A DNA stretch of 56,739 bases, filler included, from Dirinaria sp. TL-2023a (taxonomy: Eukaryota): assembly GCA_051941275.1 (NCBI GenBank). It is 2 parts of 2 records of this genome, joined end to end, with 100 filler letters (N's around TTAATTAATTAA, not from the genome) between each part and the next. Parts side by side here need not be neighbours in the genome. Positions count along the whole stretch, not along the records: positions 28,448 to 56,739 come from JAVEBF010000128.1; 1 more part is not named here. The stretch is one strand, 5' to 3'. Positions 48,901-56,739 of the stretch are shown piece after piece. The translations under genes and the position numbers were made by a program. Numbering within the stretch: position 1 is the stretch's first letter; every line of letters starts with the position of its first letter. The notes under the pieces were generated by a model. The model did no database searches. It had not been told where the DNA came from and saw only the letters and a list, made by a program, of their open reading frames with translations.

Positions 48901-51095
48901 TTTCTGCACGCTGGTGGGGTCAGTAGTGGCATTGAAAAGACATCTCTCGTTTGTCGTTCCAACCTCGTGGGTGGCTGACCGCGTTGGCTTTCTTTGAATT
49001 GGTTTCGAGATTCGCAGACCATATCTAGGACTGCAATTGTACAGCATCGATTGCACAGAAAATGCTGGGGCTCCCTGATATTGGTATGAGACATGTCATC
49101 GAAAAGAAATCCTCACAACGATGCGTATCGAGAAAGGCGGTGATAAGTAATGCCAATGAACTCCGTGTGGGATGCGCCTCGGTACATACTTTAAGCAGTT
49201 CAACAATTGGATGTACAAATCTCAAGACCCTGAAATATATGGGCACCTTCTGTTGTATGGAGAAGCTAGCCATGGCTCAGGACTTGGACGGACTTGTAGG
49301 CGCCTTGCACCGGATCCACCTCCCTTCAGCAGCTTCTTGCCTGTTACCACTTACCTTCGCGACCGAGGGAGCTATGTCCAAGACTATTGGTGCTTCATCA
49401 AGAAGAGACAAACGAACTGGTCAGTTAATAAACAGATGGGATCTAATGTGCCTCGTGTTCTTTGCTTTGTCTATCGTTCCACTAATCAGACAGTGTGCAC
49501 CACCGTTGGGACCACTAGTAGATTCGAGTACAATTAACGAAGCGCATAATGGAGCGCAGCGAAGGTCGTCCATAGTGTAATGCGACGCAGAGTATCCGAT
49601 CTCAGGCCAAGATCGGTTTCGATACCGTTACTAAAGGCTCTCTCATTCTTGTTTCATTCGAGCTTGTTTTGCAGGTCAACCCCTTTTGCTTGAATTTTGT
49701 CAATGACGACTGAAGAAAGTGGAAAGCTCTCCAATATGTGTTGAGGACATGTTATGGAAGTCGAATTGATTCTTGATCCACGGCATGGCTGGACAAAAGT
49801 CCGTTCTAACAACGACATTATTCCCCCACTTCTAAGGACAACCAAATTACACTGAGCCTAGATAATCAATTAATCCTTGCCCGACCATTGCTCGAATACC
49901 ACTGCGTCCTATTTATAAGATTCCACTAACTTGACCCTTTGCCAACTCAGAGTACACGAAAAGGCTGCTATGCACATTGTTGGAAAACTTCAGAGGCAGA
50001 ACGAATTTTCAGTCTTTCAAGATGTTTGAATTTTGTAACTGTGGTTGGCATAATTGATGCTCCGCAACCGTTATGCCTTTGGGGATCGCTGAATTCTACT
50101 ATTTATGAAAACCCAAGACAGCGGCGCTATTTGGCTCGATCACTGTTCCCAACCAGAGTAGATTTTCGTTGAGAAAGGCCTCATCCTTGCGCCAAATCGG
50201 CTCCCGGCTCGCCACAACAGTCAACTGTACGCCTCGGTCATCAGCAGATGGCGCGTTCGCGATTAGAGGAGGCCCCCTGAAAGAGAGAGAGCGAGCGGAG
50301 GGGGAGAGTGAGAGAGTGGCTGAGGAGCTGAGAGGCAGCCGGAAGTACTGCATCAAATAGGAACGACACATAGAACATGAGAGTCGATTCGTCATACACT
50401 AAGTATCTTGGCGAATATAGAATTGAAGCTATAGCGAAGCTTAGCGTAGATGAGCCAAAGTAGCCAGCTACGATCTCATGAGGGCGTTGTTAACCGTGTA
50501 GTATGTCGCTGCTAGATCGACTTATCAATATAATAGCTCTCAGAGGTGTCCTCACTGAAAGGGGGCAAGTCACAAGGACAGGATGTCAGCTCATCAAGGT
50601 CTGACTTGCGTGCGAAGATGGTACATTTCTGGGGCTGGACCGAACGGTCAAGCCCCAGGCGAAGCTTGATGGCAGACCAAGCTCGGTGATGAAGATCATT
50701 ACAGGAGTCTACCTGCTTTTGATGAGAAAGTATCTGTAGGGTTAAGCAAAGTAATCTTACTACACTCTACAGACCGTGGTACGATAAATGTAGTGTAGAT
50801 ACTGCCGTATGATTACTAAATTGGTCAAAATGATCTGCACAGGGGTGTGTATTCCCCGAAAGCATTTCAATCATTTCGCGCACTGAGAACTGAAAGGGAA
50901 TTCAGCGGCTCTGCTTCTACTAAAGGAGCTTAGGATCCCTTTCAAGTGCGTAAATACATTCAAGGACTCGAGTGCGCCTTCTTATGTAAATTAACACTTC
51001 CCGCATCTGTGAAAAGCGTTTCGCATGCAGAGTTAACATCATGGTCTAGACCTCCCTACTTCGCATATTATTATCCAAGCCTTTTATTACTCACG

Positions 51096-52830
51096 ATGGC
51101 AAATGCGACGACTCAATCGGGTGCTCGGGTCTCGCCAGTCGATGTTGGAGCACGTCCATCAGATAAGCAGCAGAAGACGAGACCAGAGAAGCCAAACGAG
51201 CAACAATACAATGAGGACCTAGCTAAAGCGGAAAAGGAGCATGCCGCAGTTCAAGAAAAGCTCGTACGTAAATATAAAAGTCTCAAAGCCTTCAAATCTC
51301 GTTCGAAACTATGAGGCTGTTCTGTAATCCAAAGCATTGAAGCGCTGCTGACGTCTCCGTCTAACAGAATGCTATCAAAGCAAAGATTGACGCTGCGCAG
51401 CCACAAAACAAAGACTCGCCGACGGCTAGGAGACAACAGGAGCTCAAATCGGAACTGCAGTCTATTAAGCAGAAGCAGTCAGCCTTCAAGAGCTCCCGAG
51501 GAAGTCTTCAGGAGAAAATATCCGTACTCGACGCCCAGTTGAAGTCTCGTATGGCGGAGCAAAAGATTGCGCGCAGTCGAGTAGCATTTAAGAGCGTGGA
51601 AGAGATTGATCGCGAAATACAACGGCTGGAAAAGCAGGTCGATGCAGGAACGATGAAGTTGGTGGACGAGAAGAAAGCCCTTGCGGAAATATCCAGCTTG
51701 CGAAAACAGCGAAAAGGATTTGCGGGATTTGATGAAGCTGAGAAGGGTATACAGGATGTCAAAACACAGATCGCTGAGCTTCGTAGGACTATCGATAATC
51801 CGGAGGTCAAAGCGCTAAACCAAAAATACGATGAAATCAACCAAGACCTGCAGAGCATCAAGGCAGAACAGGATAAGGCATATGGCAGCCTGAACTCACT
51901 GCGGGACGAGCGATCCAAGCTGCATGCCGAGCAGCAAGAGAAATACTCGGCTGTGCGCAGTATCAAAGACAAGTACCGCAAGGCTTGGACGGTCTATCGA
52001 GATTACGAGCAAGAGCAAAATCGGCAACGTCAGGAACGGCAAAGGACCGAACGGGAACAGTACCAAAAGCAGAAACGCAGGGAGATAGCAGCAAAAAAGC
52101 TGGAAGAGGCCAGTGAGCCCGCTTTCATGGACGAAATCCTGACTGCAGAAGGATTGATACGCTATTTTGAACCTTCTTCTTTAACGGAGGCTTCTAAGTC
52201 CTTGCGCGGTCCCAGTGGATTTGCGGCTGAAGCCCAAAGAAGCGTAGATTCCTTCGAGTTCAAAGGAGTCAGGGTAGCAAAGAAGGAAGATCGCGACGAC
52301 AACTACTTCATGGGGGGTGGAGGTAAAAAAGGCAAAAAGGGCAAAAAGGGCAGCAGCACTACAGGATCTCCCGCTCCCTCAACACCTACGGAAGGCAAGT
52401 TCAACCTAACCGTGGGAGTCATTGAAGAATTAGCAAAGATCAATGTTGAGCCTCCGATGAACCAGGCTGGTGTGCCCGTAGTTGTCGAAAAGCTCAAGCA
52501 AAAGCGAGATCAATGGAAAGCAGACCAGGACAAAAAGACGAGAGAGGTAGGCGGATCTACACTGTTTGCAGTTGCGATTGCGCTAATATGACAAAACAGA
52601 ACATCGAAAAAGCGCAAAGAGAAATTGACCGCCTCGAAGCAGAAGCAATAGAAATGCCTCAGTCGGGCAGTCGCAGAGCACATGATTCGTCAAAGAAACC
52701 TGCAGCGATCAATCAATCCGTGAGTGGCACAGCATCTGCACAGGCTGAGCTTGAACAAGAGAAAGACGCATCAGCCGACGTAACAGAAGATCTCAAGAAG
52801 GCAGGCATCAGCGATATTGTCGAAAACTAG
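51096..52830 (+). CDS. BFR1: Nuclear segregation / mRNP protein Bfr1
   Basis: RPEKPNE..LAKAEKEH, FKSVEEIDREI.RLEKQVDAGTMKLVDEKKALAEISSL, PAFMDEILTAEGLIRYF, YFMGGGGKKGKKGKK; introns 51264-51367 and 52547-52599. Confidence 0.88.
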
Positions 52831-53622
52831 TCATCTGTTAATAGATGGGATTTCTTTCCAATTTCAATTGATCAACATCGATTCGGCGGCAAAAATCCGA
52901 GTGTTTAGAGTTGGCTAAATCGAAAACTTTTGCATTCGCGATCGAATCGTGTCTTAAGTCTGTACTCTCTCCTTATCAGATGCCTGTCCTCAGGTTGAAG
53001 AACTTTGCTCAAACTTCTCTATCGTACTACAGCGTGCAGCCCAATCTATGGAGCGAAAATCGTCCTTCTAACTATGACATGTCATTCCAACCATCTTCTC
53101 CCCTGATATATCTTATTGCATTTTCGTATGAGATCACTGTGCTGGACAATTTTAGTCAGATCCCGGCATTCTTTGTTGCCCAACCCTATAAAAGGCCAGG
53201 GACGAAGCATTCTGTGGATTTCTGTCACATCTCCGTTGTTCGCTGAACTTTTCCTTCGTGAGTAGTACGCTTTTGCTTCTTCGAGATCCTTTGGTATTCT
53301 ATAGCTTACCTTTCTTCAATTGCGCGTGTGTGAACAGCCTTTAATTCCCCATAGGCGCTTCCGATAGGATCACTACCCTTGTGGATCGAAGGTTCTGTTT
53401 CACCACCTGAGGCGATTACGACTGTAGAGTCGCTCGCGTCTGCAAAGGCGATACGGAAGAAGCATCAACGGAACTCCAAGATGATGCAGTGCTGCATCAC
53501 ACCAACATTCCCGGTGTTCCACTCTGTGCATCCGGAGCCAGCAGTTTTCTCCTTTTTGTTTACATCTAGCTCTTGACGGCTGGTAGGTAGCCGCCCAACC
53601 TTGCAGTGTTCAAACACCACCT

Positions 53623-56591
53623 TCACTCCTCGACATTATCCACGCCAGTACTAGATCCGTAGTTTTCCATGTTTGGCCTACTGTCTTCTCCACTACCCAT
53701 CCCAGTCGGATCGGCTCCAAAACCGGATGCCTCAAGTGCCACACCACCTTCCTCCTCCTCATCCTCACTCCGCAAATTGGTATCATCGGGCGCTATCACT
53801 ACTGCGAACTTCTCCAGTTGCTCAGCTGCTGCGGCTTCTTCGACTTCCAACTCACTGGCTGGATCGAGTCTCAGCGGGTCAGAATTGGGGCCAGACTTTC
53901 TGATGAAGCGGTGCTTGCTGTGGTCCATCAGCGGTGTATCCTCGTTGTATAGTCGGAGAAGCATGGCTTTGCGGTCTTCTTTTGGTAGCATAAGATTCAA
54001 AGAATAGAGACTGCGCCATAGCGGGAGTATCATGCGCTCGCTGCGAAGATATCAGCATCATACCAGGCTCAAAGAGTCACAACAGTACTAACTCAAAGCC
54101 GTCGTCGCCTACCCGGGGTTCCGATCTGAGCACATAACATCCCATACCGGCGTCTCGCATACGCTCGCCTATTTCCCCTAAATCCTTCCACCCATCACCG
54201 TCTACCTTTGGAAACATCTCTACCAATAGCTTTCGAAGCGTCCTCCTGCTCCACAGCTTGACGATCCTCTCTTCTCCCACCCATGGCTCCAGCAATGGTA
54301 GACCCTCGGTCTGGATCCGCCATTTGCATACATTCTCCCGCTGTACGTCCTGTTTCACGAACATTTTGATCCCGCAGTGTACGAATTTTAAGCCTTTACC
54401 TTCGTTCTCAGTGAGGACACTGCGGGCTAAAGCAGAGGTATAGTAGATTGTTTTAGCTGGGTTGCCAAGGGCGTTCCGAACCATGAAGCGATCCATAGGA
54501 AATTTAGGCGAGAGCCGATAAAACCTCTGGATGAATTGTAGTTCTGGTTGATCGGGTGGGAGATACTTGAATGGTTCTTCGAATAGCGCATTCGGAAGGG
54601 GCTTGCTTTGCCCACTATTTGGTACAGTTTGAGCCGACTTTGACTTACTCGGTGTCATAGGACGCGTGATTTCCAGTTCTGCCCCAGGCGGGGGCGGCCA
54701 ATGAACCATTCTATCGGCTGCGCCTTGGGGTGTTGGGTCTTGGACTGCATCCCCCGGCTCCCGAGTCCTAAGGCGCTTCGAAGCCACTTCTGCTTCGGCT
54801 CCAGCATCAAACTCTCTTTTCTGCGCCGTCACCGGCGTATCTGGAACGTTTCCTTGGTTTTGACGCGCCGCTGCCGACTGCAAATTTGCGCTACCCCTCT
54901 GTTCTGGTAACAGAAGACTGTCGAGGGCATTGATCTTGTCGTTGAGGTTCGTCTCGTTCACCGGCTTAGCCGCGATCTCGTCTACTGTAGCAATGATAGG
55001 CGGTTTTGGTTCGATCTTTTTGTTCTCGCTCTCTGGCCTGGCGCGGATCTCTTTCTTTTTCTCCAGCACGGTAATGAAGAACCCACCAGTATCTTGCAAA
55101 TGAGGGTATATTCGCATGCATCTTTCCAGTGGCAGAGCCTGCTTGTTTTCCGACAGTGGGAACATTGCTTCTACCACTCTACCGAGGCCTTCCAGGCCAT
55201 TTTTCAGCTGTTCCTTCTCGAAATCAGACCATGACTGCCATATTTGGCCTTTCTTGTCCATTAACTTCCAGCTCGTCAGGCCTGGCTGCCTCTTTAGCTT
55301 TGGAAGTAGATTCGTGCAGTCGACTATATCGACTTGAGATGATCCACCACAACGTTCGATGGCACTTGCAATGACAGCTTCATTTTCAACAGGGTTCATG
55401 CTGCAGGTGGAGTATACTACCCGGCCTCCCACCTTCAGCATCTGGAGAGCACGGACTAGGATCCGGACTTGTGTAGGAAACAGCCCAAGGCCGTTCGCTG
55501 GGTTCCAATCCTTCCACACATTAACATTCTTGCGAGCGGTGCCATCTCCCGAGCAAGGCACGTCAGCAAGGATGCGGTCAAACTTTACATACCGCGCTGT
55601 GGGTGCTGTTGCTTGGATACTCGGTTCAGATGGTAACTTGAAAGAAGGGAATGACGTTGCGTCGTGATTTGTAACAATGAGATTTGGGGAACTCAGACGT
55701 TTCACCTGGTGTATCAGCATCTGGGCCCGCTTGTAATCCGAATCATTAGCGACGAGCAGGCCTGTCGTTCGACCATCGTCTGACCAGTCTCCGCCCAGTT
55801 CTTGTGCCATAGTGTTCTGCTTCACCAGTTCTGCGTCGGGGTTTCGGCCCCGAGACACAGCCCCTTCTGAGTCCTGGGCGATCTTCCTCATACGAGCTTC
55901 TTCCCCACCATGAATCATCTCGATCAACTGAGCAGTCTTACTACCTGGCGCCGCACACATGTCCAGTACAACCATGCCAGGCTCGACACCCATGAGTAAT
56001 GGTGGAATCATGCTTACGGCTTCTTGCCTGCTGATATTGCCAACACTGGTCTCAGAAACTAGGAACTTCTGGAAGGAGGCAAATTGGGGCATGCGGCGAA
56101 CCACGTTCTTGGTGGTGGTCATCTGCCAGGCCAATTGATCGGGAAACCAGGGAATTGGAGTGGGTGGGTCTACTGGCTCGTCGTTGTAACGCGTGCCAGC
56201 GATCTCCGGAACGTAACGATCTATCAGTCGTTGCTGTACTCGAATAGCATGCCTGAATTTGTCAGTATGAGGCCTGAAAGTGCACAATGTACTTCCTGGC
56301 CGTACGCCTTGGAACCCGTGAAGCGAAAGCTATTGGGAAGCTCACGCCGCAATGCAGCCCAAAAGCTCTCCCGCTCATTTTCTGGAACCAGCTTCAAGTC
56401 GTTGTAGTACTCTTCGAAAAGAGTATTGTGTTTAGGAATCTCTTCATAATCTGCGCGTTGAGAGCGCTGGCCACCACCTCGTTTGCCGCCTCGTCCACCA
56501 CGAAACTGGTCGATGAGATGTCAGTAGCGAATCGCTCCCCAGAGGCGATGCAACATGTGTATCATACCCGCTTGCCTCCAGATTTAGCCAT
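53623..56591 (-). CDS. NCL1: Multisite tRNA (cytosine-C5)-methyltransferase (NSUN2/Trm4)
   Basis: GNISRQEAVSMIPP, VLDMCAAPGSKT, FDRILADVPCSGDGT, VVYSTCSMNPVENEAV, RIYPHLQDTGGFF; start MAKSGGKR at 56591; three introns. Confidence 0.95.
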
Positions 56592-56739
56592 TTCACGAAT
56601 TTGCTTGCGATTGGTGTAGCACCTCATGTAGATAATTACTTTCTATTTGTTGTCCGCGAGCTGAAGTCGACATAAGGTATGTGAAGGTCATTCCGACAAG
56701 TTACGGAAAGATTTGAGGTTCCATGCTTCTTTTTGGGAG

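Overview
Eukaryotic, intron-containing DNA from a filamentous ascomycete (Pezizomycotina-type GT..(CTRAC)..AG introns, fungal actin, Zn2Cys6 factor, DASH subunit). About 22 protein genes, mostly housekeeping: ESS2/DGCR14, a cupin, CWC2, actin, FES1, derlin, CENP-A/CSE4, SCC4/MAU2, an EHT1-like esterase, LOC1, an FCP1-like HAD phosphatase, uaY/PPR1, a CYSTM protein, DAD2, SGO1, ECL1, BFR1 and NCL1/TRM4. An accessory-looking island between CWC2 and actin holds an intact SesA-like/NB-ARC/TPR fungal NLR and a tandem-CFEM surface protein. There is one clear methyltransferase pseudogene and possibly a BTB relic. A synthetic 100-bp N spacer (28348-28447) means the two halves may not be truly adjacent. 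Most notable: (i) a neighbourhood of chromosome-segregation genes (TPX2-like repeat gene, DAD2, SGO1) sharing forkhead GTAAACAA sites, plus adjacent CENP-A and SCC4; (ii) the NLR-CFEM island; (iii) a pervasive intergenic TAAGGTA/TACGGAGTA motif family, including a 94-bp hairpin and a 26-bp perfect palindrome; (iv) splice-encoded isoform switches. Identifications come from recognising motifs by eye; no searches were run.
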